From Myxococcota bacterium (GTDB lineage Bacteria > Myxococcota_A > UBA796 > SXON01), in contig JAZKFH010000039.1 of assembly GCA_040386535.1 (NCBI GenBank), positions 92,474-156,473 on the forward strand: a stretch of 64,000 nt of DNA, written 5' to 3'. A program made the translations under genes and the position numbers. Each line of letters starts with the position of its first letter. The stretch's first letter is position 1. Positions 21,109 through 30,397 of this stretch are shown piece after piece. The notes below the pieces were generated by a model that was not told where the DNA came from, did not search any database, and was given only the letters and a program-made list of their open reading frames with translations.

Positions 21109-22893
21109 ATGAAGCGGCTGCACCCGTTCCTGCCGTTCCTCGGCCACCTGCTGCTGTGGGTGCTCGTGACCTGGCCCCTGGTGCTGGACCTCGACACGAG
21201 CTTCGTGGTGTCGCGGTTCGCGTCCTCCCACCTGTGGATCTTCGACACCGTGGTCAGCGGCTGGAACGGCCGGATCCCGCTCTGGCTCTGGGAGCGCGGC
21301 TACCCCGCCGGTGGCGCCGTGGTGCTCATCGGCTGGCCTGCGCTCGCCCTGTTCGCGGTGTTCCGCACCTTCTGCTCCGCGCTGGCGGCGTACAACCTGA
21401 CCCAGCTCGTGCTCGGCGCGCTCGCCGGAGCCGCGGCCCACGCGCTCGCGCGCCGGCAGGGGGTGTCGGAGCGGGCGGCGGGGGTGGGGGGGATCGCCTA
21501 CGGGGTGTCGGGCTACATCCTCTCCATCGTGTACATCGGGGAGATCCCCAACTTCTGCCACGCGTTCCTGCCCTTGCTCCTGCTCGCGGTGGACGCGTGC
21601 GGGCGCTCCTGGCGCGCCCCCTTCGCCGGCGCGTTGGCGTGGACGGCGCTGCTCTCCGCCACGCCGTACTACGGCCTGCTCTCGATCTGGCTCGTGATCG
21701 CCTATGCGATCGGGGTCCTCGGGCGCGACCGCAGCCTCGCCACCCTCGGACGGTTGGTGCTCTTTGCGGCGTTGTGCGCCGCCCCTTCGATCGTGCTCCT
21801 TCGGTACTTCAACCTCCTCCGCGACCTCGCCCCGAACCTCCACCTGCTCCGCCCCGCCACCGGCGCCCTGGCGGTGTTCGGCGAGCGCGACACCTGGCTC
21901 TTCATGGAGGCGACACTGGACGGGCTGGTGAAGCCGGGGAAGGCCGGGGTGCCGGCCGGCACGGCGATCCAGATCGGCTACCTCGGCGTGGTGCCGCTCG
22001 CGCTCGCGGCCCTCGCCTGGACCCGGCGCCGCCGCTGGCTCGTGGCGGGCTGGTGGGCCGCCGCGCTCGTCGCGATCGCGCTGATGCTCGGCGACCATCT
22101 CGCGGTGGGCTCCGGGATGTGGCAGACCGCGGCGGGCAACGAATTGATCCTGCCACTCGGGGCGCTCAAGAAATGGGTGCCGGTGCTCCAGATGATCCAC
22201 GTGCCGTACCGCGCCGCGGTGGTGGCGACGTTGTGCCTCGCGATGCTCGCGGCGCTCGCGGTGGACAAGGTGGGCCGCCGGTGGTTCGCCGGGTTCGCGG
22301 CCGCCGCCCTGCTGGTCGACACGCTCCTGCTCTCGCCGACGCCCTGGCCGCTCCCGGTCGTGCACGACCCCGTGCCCGCGCCGTACCACGCGATGGGGGA
22401 GGACCCGGCCGACTACGCGGTGCTCCCGTTCCCGTTCGAGTGTGTGCCCCAGCAGGGGATCGGCAAGTTCCAGCGCTACTTCTACGACGCCACGGTGCAC
22501 CACAAGCGCGTGCCCTGGGGCGATCGCCTGACCCGCGACCGCAACACCCTCGACATGGGCGCGCGCCAGGTGATCTCCGAGCCGTTCGTGGTGGGGCTGT
22601 GCGGGCTCCTGGACGAGCAGGTGCACCCTGCGCCCGCGCGCAGCACCGACGTGAGCTGGCTGGCGTCCGTGGGGGTGCGCTGGGTGGTGGTGCACGTCGA
22701 TCTGCGCGACGCGGCGCAGGTCGCGCCGGTCCGGCAGTACCTCGAGGCGCGGCTCGGGCCGGCGCGCGAACGGACCGACGGGGTCGAGCTGTACGCGGTG
22801 GGCACGGGCACCATCACGCCCGCGATGCTCGGGCCGGCTAGCCTGGGGGCCACGCCGTGGCCGGCCTGGCTCTACACGGTCGACCATCCGTGA
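21109..22893 (+). CDS. Polytopic membrane protein, probable GT-C-fold glycosyltransferase (YfhO-like)
   Basis: AYNL and GIAYG-type motifs, YLGVVPL, HVPYRAA, about 11 TM helices, then a C-terminal periplasmic domain (LASVGVRWVVVH). Starts directly after the upstream TAG. Confidence 0.6.
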   Translation: MKRLHPFLPFLGHLLLWVLVTWPLVLDLDTSFVVSRFASSHLWIFDTVVSGWNGRIPLWLWERGYPAGGAVVLIGWPALALFAVFRTFCSALAAYNLTQLVLGALAGAAAHALARRQGVSERAAGVGGIAYGVSGYILSIVYIGEIPNFCHAFLPLLLLAVDACGRSWRAPFAGALAWTALLSATPYYGLLSIWLVIAYAIGVLGRDRSLATLGRLVLFAALCAAPSIVLLRYFNLLRDLAPNLHLLRPATGALAVFGERDTWLFMEATLDGLVKPGKAGVPAGTAIQIGYLGVVPLALAALAWTRRRRWLVAGWWAAALVAIALMLGDHLAVGSGMWQTAAGNELILPLGALKKWVPVLQMIHVPYRAAVVATLCLAMLAALAVDKVGRRWFAGFAAAALLVDTLLLSPTPWPLPVVHDPVPAPYHAMGEDPADYAVLPFPFECVPQQGIGKFQRYFYDATVHHKRVPWGDRLTRDRNTLDMGARQVISEPFVVGLCGLLDEQVHPAPARSTDVSWLASVGVRWVVVHVDLRDAAQVAPVRQYLEARLGPARERTDGVELYAVGTGTITPAMLGPASLGATPWPAWLYTVDHP

Positions 22894-22907
22894 GGCGGCC
22901 GTCGTGA

Positions 22908-25900
22908 CTACGCGATCAACCCCTGCAGCTCCGCCAACCACGCACCCTCCGCCCCCCCGGGGAGCGGCTTCCCGTCGAGCAGATCGCGGAGGACGCCGTC
23001 GGAGACGGAGCCGAGCGCGGCGCGGATGCCGGCGCCCGGCGCGATCGGCGTCGTGACCGGCGCGATCGTCGCGGGCACGCCGAGCGTGTTGATCGCGTCG
23101 GCGACGACGCGGCGGCGATCGGCGTAGGGGATGGCCGCCAGGGCCTCGGGGAGGATGGGCGCGCCGATGTGGTGCACCTGGGGGGCCGCGGGCACGTCGT
23201 GGCGGCTCACCCCGTCCACGCCGCCGCGGAAGGCGACGGGGACGATGGGGAGCCCGCGCTCGAGCGCGATGTCGACCCACAAGGAGCTGATCTTGTCGAC
23301 GGGCTGGCCCGGGGTGATCTGGCGGGTACCCTCGACGTGCACGAGCAGGCTGCGGTCGGTGGCGCCGCGGGCGAGCGCGGGGAGCGAGGCCGGATCCTTC
23401 TGGTCGAACCAGACGATGAACGGATCCTGCTCCTGCCCCGGGTACGTCGTGAGCAGGCGCTCCAGGGCGCCGAGCCAACGGTCGCGGTGCTCCACTTTGG
23501 CGAGCGCCCGTGTGGGCGTGCCGAAGAGCGCCGGCGCCACGCACGTGAAGATGACGCTCTCGAGGTAGTTCTCGTGGTTGCCGAGGAACAACACGGGGCG
23601 GCCGCGCACGGACTCCATCGCGACCGGATCGTGCACGACCAGGTCCGCGAGGTAGCGACGGGCCAGCGCGGCGACGAGCTCCTCGCCGGGCCATGCGCCC
23701 GCGTCGCCGAGGCCACGACCGAGGTGGGCGCGCCACCAGCCGGTCACCTGGGACATGTCGGGGAACGCCACCGGGCCCGCCTGCGCGCCGCCCGAGCCCG
23801 TGGGGTCCGCGCCGGCGACGGGCGCCCAGGACACCGTCGTGAGCGGGCGATGCGGGGAGAACGCGCGGGTGCCGACCACGGCTACGTCGCGGGGGTGCAG
23901 ACCGAGCTGGGCGGCGGCGATCTCTTTCACCGCGATCACGGGCGCGTCGGTCGTGCCGAACACGCGCGCGATCGTGCCGGGGAGCCAGTCGGAGCCCTTC
24001 ACGTCGCGCGCCGTGAGCCGCGCCGTGTCGCCGGTGATGTGGGAGAGCGCCACGCCGGTGCCGGCCTTGCCGAGCAGGAAGTCACGCCGCGCGGAGGGGG
24101 AGGCCTCGCCGATACGGCCCTTGGGGAGGAGCACCTCCTGGATGACGACGGAGGCGAGGAGGGCCTCGCCCTGCGGGGTCTCCGTGTAGAGGTGCGCGCC
24201 GATGCGTGGGCGCCCGCTCACGAGGCCGAGGAACCGCACCTCGCAGCGCACCGGCCGCCCGGTCCCGTCGGTGCGGGGCGGGGCCCCGTAGAGCGAGATG
24301 GACTCGATACGCGAGGGGTAGCCGACCTGCCCGGGCGCGATCTCGGGGCACCAGGTCTCCAGGCGATCGTGGGGCACGCCGTGGGTGATGCCGTCGAGCA
24401 GCACGTCGGGCGCCGCAGGCCGCAACATCAGGGTGGCGCCGTTGCTGCCGCGGGCGACCATACGCTCGACCACGTGGAAGCTCGGCCCGTGGAACAGCTC
24501 GCCGCTCGCGTACAGCTCCGCGCCCATCGGGCCCGGCACGGCATCGCGGAGCGGCGGGAGCTCCACCGGCGCCACGGGCGCGCACGCCGTCGCGACGAAG
24601 AAGGGCTCGGGCGCGCCGAGCACGACCTTGTCACCGACCACGGTGGCGGTCACGTCGCGCGGGCCCTCGGGGAACGAGAGCCACCGCGTGACCGACGCGT
24701 CCTTGAGCGCCGGCGCGCCCGTGGCCTGCAACGCGAGCATCACCATCGTCATCGCGGGCAGGGCCGGGAGGACGTAGGTGGGGCAGTGGTCGATGGGGAC
24801 GGGGACGGTGACCGTGGTCGTGGCTTGGGGGGCGTTGCGGGGGGCGGAGCCCCCTGCCCCAGGAGAACCAACACCCGACGACGCACCCGGAGTGGGAGTC
24901 GCGCCGCCGGGACCATCAAAAGGGAAGGTCGGACCGCCCGCGCCCTCCACCACTCGCATGCCGAGGCCCCACGCCGAGTAGATCCGCTTGCCGTCGACCC
25001 ACAAGTGGGCGTCGCACGTCACCGTGTCGCCCTCGACCTTGGTGATCTCGACCTCGGTCTGGATGAGCTTGTTCCGCGGCACGACCTGCCCGCGGTACTT
25101 CCACTTCAGCTCGCTGCCGATGGCGATGGGCTCGAAGCGCGGCTCCTGGAACTTCTTGCCGAAGCCCTCGTGGATCATGACGAACTGGAGGAGCTGGATC
25201 ATCGCCTCGATGCCGAGGCTGCCGGGCTGGACCGGATCCATGTAGAAGTGGGCCTTGAAGAACCACTCCTTCGGGTCGACGTCCTTGTCGGCGCGCCACT
25301 TGCCGAGGCCCGCCTTGCCCGCCGTGGGCCAGTGCCCCGTGACGCGGTCGATCATGCACAACATGTCGCCCGGCATGCGGAGCTTGCCGTCGAAGTAGCG
25401 GGCGGGGTGCGTCGCGAGGTCGACCTGGAACTCGCTGGGGGAGGCGAGCCAGGCGCGGTCGTCCTCCTCGGAGCCGACGCCCACCTGGTTCTCGAAGGCG
25501 GCCGGCGGGAAGAAGCCGAACACGGTCTTCATCTCGTAGAGCGGCTGCTGGACCCCCGATGCGTCGGCCATGAACATGGTGACGTCGAAGCCCTCGATGA
25601 TCATGCCCGCCGAGCGGTTCACCGAGTTGATCTTCACTCGCGTCGTGAGCGTACCGCTGTTCGGCAGGATCTCCGCGAGCAGCTTGCCGGTGCCGTCGAG
25701 GTTGCGGAACAACAGGTCCGTGTCGCTGGTCGTGGCCGAGCCGACGTAGCTGGCGAGCCAGCCGCAGGGCTGCAACGCCGCTTCGAGCAGCACCGCGAAG
25801 GGCATCGTGGGGGTGCCGTTCTCGCGGAAGTACCAGTCGCGCGGCGGCACGTCGTACTCGATCTCGATGATCGTGCCGGCCTTGGTGGAGCCGATGGCGC

Positions 25901-28900
25901 CGTCCGTGCGGGTGACACGGGACATGAAGTGGTACGGCGGCCCGGGGAGGCGGGCGACCGCGCGCGTGCCGTCGAACACCTTGTACATGGGTCCGAACGC
26001 GTGCGAGGGCTGGCCCCAGGCGCACGCCAGGAGCGAGGCGTAGTCCCACACGGCGGGCTTGGGCTCGACGTAGTCGGACAGGAGCTTCGGCATGCGCGTG
26101 AGCGGCCAGTCCGGCACCATGACCAGCGTGAGCGGGTCGGCGTGGAAACACTTCAGCGCGTCGACCGTGCACATCACCTGGGCCTTGACGTACGGGACCG
26201 GGTCGAGCCCGACCTCCTGCACGAAGATCTCGTAGGTGAGCAGCTTGCTCGTGGGGATGACCTGCCCGCGGCAACGCAAGTGGAAGGTCTCGCCCTGCTT
26301 GGGCTCGAACCGCCATCCGTCGCGCTTGAGCGTGTGCCCGAGGCCGGTCATGTAGACCTGGAGCGCCTGGAGGCAGCCCTCGAACATGAGCGTGCCGGGC
26401 ATGCACGGGTCGTTGTGGAAGTGCCCGTCGAAGAACCAATTGTTCCCCGTGATGTCGCACTCGGCGGCGAGGTAGCCGCGCTTCCACGGGCCGCCTGCGG
26501 GGTCGAACTTCGTCACGCGGTCGAAGAACAACATGCGGCCGCCCGCGATCTTGGGCGTCCACGTGTGGGTGTGGGCGCGCTCGAAGCCGGGGCCGAACGC
26601 GTCGGCGACACGACCCTCGGTGAAGGCGAGGAGGTCCTCCTTGGAGAAGGAGGACTTCGTGCACGCGACAGCCGGGGGCGCGACGGGGCCCGTCAGGTCG
26701 ACTTCGGCGGTAGCGGCATCCCAGAGCACGCCGCCCGACTTGTCCAGGTCTGCCTGGGAGAAGAAGCCGGCCTGGCCCTCTTTCACGGTGAGGCGCACGT
26801 TGTCGCCCACCTTGCAGTCGTAGTGGAAGAAGAACATCCGGATGTCGCCGAGCTTGGCGTGGCCGTCGACCTGGATCTCGTACTTCAGCGTGTCGCCGAC
26901 GGTGGGGAGCCCGCCCTCGTAGCGCAGATCGCAGCCGAGGAGGCGGTACATCCGCTCGCCGCGGTTGTAGTTGAGATCCACGCCCTGCCAGCTCACGAGG
27001 AGGAGATCGGCCTGACCGGCCTCGATCATCACGCCGGCGGGGATGTGGCGCTCGTGGAGGTACCAGCTCTCCTCGGTGATGTCGGTCTCGGTCCAGATCG
27101 TGCCCTTGCCGAGCACGGCGGGCGGCCCGTCGATGCCGGTGACGCGGTCACACAGGAGCAATGGCGGCTCGGGCATCCGCACGACGCGCGCGTAGGCGTC
27201 CTGGGGCGCGAACGTCGGGCCGAAGTGGCGCGAGATCGGGCCGCGGGACATGGCCTCGAGGTCCTGGCGGGAGAGTTTGGGGCCGGGGCGAGCGGAGGTG
27301 GCGGGCGTGGCGGCACGCGGGACGACGGTTGCGACGGGCGCTGCGATGGGTGCGGCGACGGGCGCGGGCACGGGCGAGGACGGAGCGGGCGCCGGGCGCG
27401 CAATGGGGGCGGCCTGGGGGAGCGCGGCTTGCGGGGCGTGCGGAAGCGGCATCGGCGCAGGCGGAGCGCCACCGAACGCCGCGCCGAGCATCATCTGCGT
27501 CGTGGCGGCGCGGGAGGCGGCGAAGCGCGCCTGGACGGCGGCCTGCTGCTCGAGGAAGGCGCGGTGCACCTGCGTCACGCGGGCCTGCTGGGCGAGCAGC
27601 GCCGTGAGCGTCGGGTCCCCGCCTTGAGCGGCGAACGAGGGCGCGGGCTGCGACGGGATCGGGGCGACCGGCGCCGGCGGAGCGACCAGGAGCGGGGCGG
27701 GCGCCGGGGCCGCGATGGTCGCGACCGTCGTGACCGGGGGAGCGGACGTCACCGGGGCGACGGGCGCCGGCGCCTTGGTGGGAGCGGGCGCCGGGGCGGC
27801 GGCCTTGGCGGGAGCCGCCACGGGCGGTGCGACGGGGGCCTCGAACGCGCCGAGGATCGGGGCGAGCGTGGGGGCGGTCGGCATCTTGAGCACGGCGCGC
27901 GCCTCTTTGGGGATGGAGGGGTCGGAGGGAAGCACGATGGGCTCGGCGTGCGCGGGGAAGGAGAGGAGGTGCCCGGCGAGCGGCGCCGGGGCGTCATCGA
28001 GCGGGATCGGGGCGCCGGTCGCGGAGAGGGTGACCCGCGCGGTGGCGCCGCCAAGGCTGCGGACGGCGACGGTGGCGCGACGAAGCCCGCCCTCGGGCGA
28101 CCACTCGCGGGGCGCGCCGCCAACTCCCGGGAGGAGGCCGTGGCCGCACGCGAGCACGGCGGCGGCAATGTCGACGAGGCCCGCGGCGGCGTGGGCGCGG
28201 CCGAGGGCCTTGGGCGCTACGATCGGCTCACCGCCCCGCTCGTTGCTGGCGTCGGAGAGGGCGGGGGAGGCGGCCCCGGTGGTCTCGACGCTCTCGAGGA
28301 CGGCCCACACCTGGTGGCCGGCGGCCAGGGCATCGTCGAGGCGCACCAGCACGAGCGCCACCGCGGCGTCGCCGGGGACGGTGCCGGGCGCGAGGGCCTC
28401 GATCGCGGCGGCGTGGCGCGGATCACAGGCGAGGTCGACCGCGCCGACCAGGGCCACTTGCAGGCTGCCGCTGGCGAGCGCGTCCATCGCGGCGCCGAGG
28501 GCGTGCACGCCGGAGAGCTCCTCGGCGGAGAGGGTGAAGCCGGGGCCGCCCGCGTCGAGCTGGACGTTGAGGCGGTTCGCCGGGATGTTCGGCATCGTGC
28601 CGACCACGTTCTCGGCGCGGAGGGCGGGGATGACGGCGTCTCGGAGGGACTCGAGCACCGCGCCGGTCGCGCCGGTGCGCGCGCCGATGCGCCACCGCAG
28701 GCCGTAGCCGGACACGGCCACGTCGGCGCCCATGCCGACGTAGATGCCGGTGCTCTCGCGGGGGAGGGGCACCTCGGCCTCGGCGACGGCGTCGAGCGCG
28801 ACGCGGAGGAGCAGCGTCTGCTGGGGGAGGGAGAGGCCGAGATCCTTTGGCGGGAAGCGGAGCCCAGCGAGGCCGAGCTTGACGCTGTCCCGACGGGGGG

Positions 28901-30395
28901 TGCCGGTGCCGGCGTACAGATCCCGCGCGAAGGCGGCGCGGTCGTCCCCGGCGCCCGCGGCCACGGCGATGCCGACGATGCCGATCTTCGGCGGGGGGCC
29001 GCGGAGGGCGGCGTCGACCGGCGTGACATCCGGCGCGGCGTCCGACTTGCGGCGGCTCCGCTTGCGCGCGGTCGCGACGGTGACCGGGGCCCCGGGCACG
29101 TGCTCCTCGACGATGAGGTGGGCGTTGTTGCCGCCGAACCCGAAGGCGCTCACGGCGGCGCGGCGCACCGGCGCGTCCCACGGCTCGGGCTTCGAGAGGA
29201 GCCGGAAGTTGGCCCACTCGACCATGGCCGGGATGGGCTCGTCGGCATGCAATGTTGGCGGCATGGTCTGCCGGGCGAAGCCGGCCAGCACCTTCTGGAG
29301 CCCCGCCACGCCCGCGGCGGTGATGAGGTGGCCGACCATCGACTTGAGCGAGCCGATCGGCAGCGGCTGGCGGCCGAACACCTCGGAGAGCGTGGCGATC
29401 TCGGTGCGATCGCCGGTGGGCGTGCCGGTGGCGTGGCACTCCATCAGCTGGATGTCGGCCGGGGTCACGCCCGAGGTCGTGTACGCGGCCCGGAGCGCGC
29501 GCACCTGGCCCTCTTCGGAGGGGGCGAGGAGGTTGCGGGCACGGGCGTCGTTGGAGAGGCCCACGCCGCGGATCACGCCGAGGATCTTGTCGCCGTCACG
29601 CACGGCGTCGGCGAGGCGCTTGAGCACCACGAGTGCGGCGCCTTCGGCGGGCACGAGGCCGTCCGCCTCGCGATGGAACGGGCGGCTCATCCCGAGGTGG
29701 CTCATCGCGCCGAGCGCGCAGAAGCCGATGTGCAGGAACAGGCTGTCCGCGCGCTGCACGGCGCCCGCGAGCATGATGTCCGCGCGGCCGGCGGTGAGCG
29801 CGTCACACGCGAGGCGGATCGCGTAGAGCGACGAGGCGCACGCGGCGTCGATCGCGAAGCAGGGGGCGCCGAGGCCGAGGGCGCGGGAGAGGAGGTCGGC
29901 CGGGAGGCCGGACATGAAGCGGTCGCGCGGGTCGGCGGGGGGCGCGCGGCGGCGGTTCTCCTGGAGGACCACCCGCTCGCCCCACCGGGCCATGCCCTCG
30001 GACGGGAACGAGAGGTTGCCGAACACCGCGCCGCAGCGGGCGAGCCGGGCCCGGCTGGTGGCGGTGCCGACGTCGATGCCGGCGTCCCGCAGGGCGCCGC
30101 GGCCCACGTGGGCGAGCCAGTGTACGAGCGGATCGAGGCCGGCGAGCTCGGCGGCGGGCAGATCGAAGCCCGTCGGGTCCCACACCGCGTCGAAGCCGGT
30201 GACGTAGCCACCCGCGGAGGACCAGGCGCGGTCGCGCCCCTCGCCCATCACGTCCGCGTGCGGCAGGCCCCAGCGGCCCACGGGGGCGTCGGTGACCAGA
30301 TCCCGGCCGGCGAACACGTTGTCCGCGAACGTGGAGACGTCGAGCGCGCCGGGCAGGACGCACGCCTGCCCGACGATGGCGATGGGAGCGGACAT
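22908..30395 (-). CDS. pfa3: PUFA synthase Pfa3 (PfaC-like): KS, CLF, FabA-type DH domains, DH-like domain, C-terminal AGPAT; no AT domain
   Basis: Start ATG 30395 (MSAPIAIVG). KS DAACASS/ECHATG/GHLIT; CLF SAEELSG; DH motifs FFDGHFHNDPCMPGTL and FFKAHFYMDPVQPGSL; C-terminal acyltransferase GNHENYLES, VHVEGTR, PIVPV. Confidence 0.92.
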   Translation of the reverse strand: MSAPIAIVGQACVLPGALDVSTFADNVFAGRDLVTDAPVGRWGLPHADVMGEGRDRAWSSAGGYVTGFDAVWDPTGFDLPAAELAGLDPLVHWLAHVGRGALRDAGIDVGTATSRARLARCGAVFGNLSFPSEGMARWGERVVLQENRRRAPPADPRDRFMSGLPADLLSRALGLGAPCFAIDAACASSLYAIRLACDALTAGRADIMLAGAVQRADSLFLHIGFCALGAMSHLGMSRPFHREADGLVPAEGAALVVLKRLADAVRDGDKILGVIRGVGLSNDARARNLLAPSEEGQVRALRAAYTTSGVTPADIQLMECHATGTPTGDRTEIATLSEVFGRQPLPIGSLKSMVGHLITAAGVAGLQKVLAGFARQTMPPTLHADEPIPAMVEWANFRLLSKPEPWDAPVRRAAVSAFGFGGNNAHLIVEEHVPGAPVTVATARKRSRRKSDAAPDVTPVDAALRGPPPKIGIVGIAVAAGAGDDRAAFARDLYAGTGTPRRDSVKLGLAGLRFPPKDLGLSLPQQTLLLRVALDAVAEAEVPLPRESTGIYVGMGADVAVSGYGLRWRIGARTGATGAVLESLRDAVIPALRAENVVGTMPNIPANRLNVQLDAGGPGFTLSAEELSGVHALGAAMDALASGSLQVALVGAVDLACDPRHAAAIEALAPGTVPGDAAVALVLVRLDDALAAGHQVWAVLESVETTGAASPALSDASNERGGEPIVAPKALGRAHAAAGLVDIAAAVLACGHGLLPGVGGAPREWSPEGGLRRATVAVRSLGGATARVTLSATGAPIPLDDAPAPLAGHLLSFPAHAEPIVLPSDPSIPKEARAVLKMPTAPTLAPILGAFEAPVAPPVAAPAKAAAPAPAPTKAPAPVAPVTSAPPVTTVATIAAPAPAPLLVAPPAPVAPIPSQPAPSFAAQGGDPTLTALLAQQARVTQVHRAFLEQQAAVQARFAASRAATTQMMLGAAFGGAPPAPMPLPHAPQAALPQAAPIARPAPAPSSPVPAPVAAPIAAPVATVVPRAATPATSARPGPKLSRQDLEAMSRGPISRHFGPTFAPQDAYARVVRMPEPPLLLCDRVTGIDGPPAVLGKGTIWTETDITEESWYLHERHIPAGVMIEAGQADLLLVSWQGVDLNYNRGERMYRLLGCDLRYEGGLPTVGDTLKYEIQVDGHAKLGDIRMFFFHYDCKVGDNVRLTVKEGQAGFFSQADLDKSGGVLWDAATAEVDLTGPVAPPAVACTKSSFSKEDLLAFTEGRVADAFGPGFERAHTHTWTPKIAGGRMLFFDRVTKFDPAGGPWKRGYLAAECDITGNNWFFDGHFHNDPCMPGTLMFEGCLQALQVYMTGLGHTLKRDGWRFEPKQGETFHLRCRGQVIPTSKLLTYEIFVQEVGLDPVPYVKAQVMCTVDALKCFHADPLTLVMVPDWPLTRMPKLLSDYVEPKPAVWDYASLLACAWGQPSHAFGPMYKVFDGTRAVARLPGPPYHFMSRVTRTDGAIGSTKAGTIIEIEYDVPPRDWYFRENGTPTMPFAVLLEAALQPCGWLASYVGSATTSDTDLLFRNLDGTGKLLAEILPNSGTLTTRVKINSVNRSAGMIIEGFDVTMFMADASGVQQPLYEMKTVFGFFPPAAFENQVGVGSEEDDRAWLASPSEFQVDLATHPARYFDGKLRMPGDMLCMIDRVTGHWPTAGKAGLGKWRADKDVDPKEWFFKAHFYMDPVQPGSLGIEAMIQLLQFVMIHEGFGKKFQEPRFEPIAIGSELKWKYRGQVVPRNKLIQTEVEITKVEGDTVTCDAHLWVDGKRIYSAWGLGMRVVEGAGGPTFPFDGPGGATPTPGASSGVGSPGAGGSAPRNAPQATTTVTVPVPIDHCPTYVLPALPAMTMVMLALQATGAPALKDASVTRWLSFPEGPRDVTATVVGDKVVLGAPEPFFVATACAPVAPVELPPLRDAVPGPMGAELYASGELFHGPSFHVVERMVARGSNGATLMLRPAAPDVLLDGITHGVPHDRLETWCPEIAPGQVGYPSRIESISLYGAPPRTDGTGRPVRCEVRFLGLVSGRPRIGAHLYTETPQGEALLASVVIQEVLLPKGRIGEASPSARRDFLLGKAGTGVALSHITGDTARLTARDVKGSDWLPGTIARVFGTTDAPVIAVKEIAAAQLGLHPRDVAVVGTRAFSPHRPLTTVSWAPVAGADPTGSGGAQAGPVAFPDMSQVTGWWRAHLGRGLGDAGAWPGEELVAALARRYLADLVVHDPVAMESVRGRPVLFLGNHENYLESVIFTCVAPALFGTPTRALAKVEHRDRWLGALERLLTTYPGQEQDPFIVWFDQKDPASLPALARGATDRSLLVHVEGTRQITPGQPVDKISSLWVDIALERGLPIVPVAFRGGVDGVSRHDVPAAPQVHHIGAPILPEALAAIPYADRRRVVADAINTLGVPATIAPVTTPIAPGAGIRAALGSVSDGVLRDLLDGKPLPGGAEGAWLAELQGLIA
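24874..24924 (-). promoter_or_regulatory. Candidate programmed -1 ribosomal frameshift signal in pfa3
   Basis: In-frame C CCT TTT (24924-24918), -1-frame TGA (24918-24916), 6-nt spacer GATGGT, 11-bp stem CCCGGCGGCGC/GCGTCGTCGGG. Confidence 0.65.
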
Positions 30396-30397
30396 TT

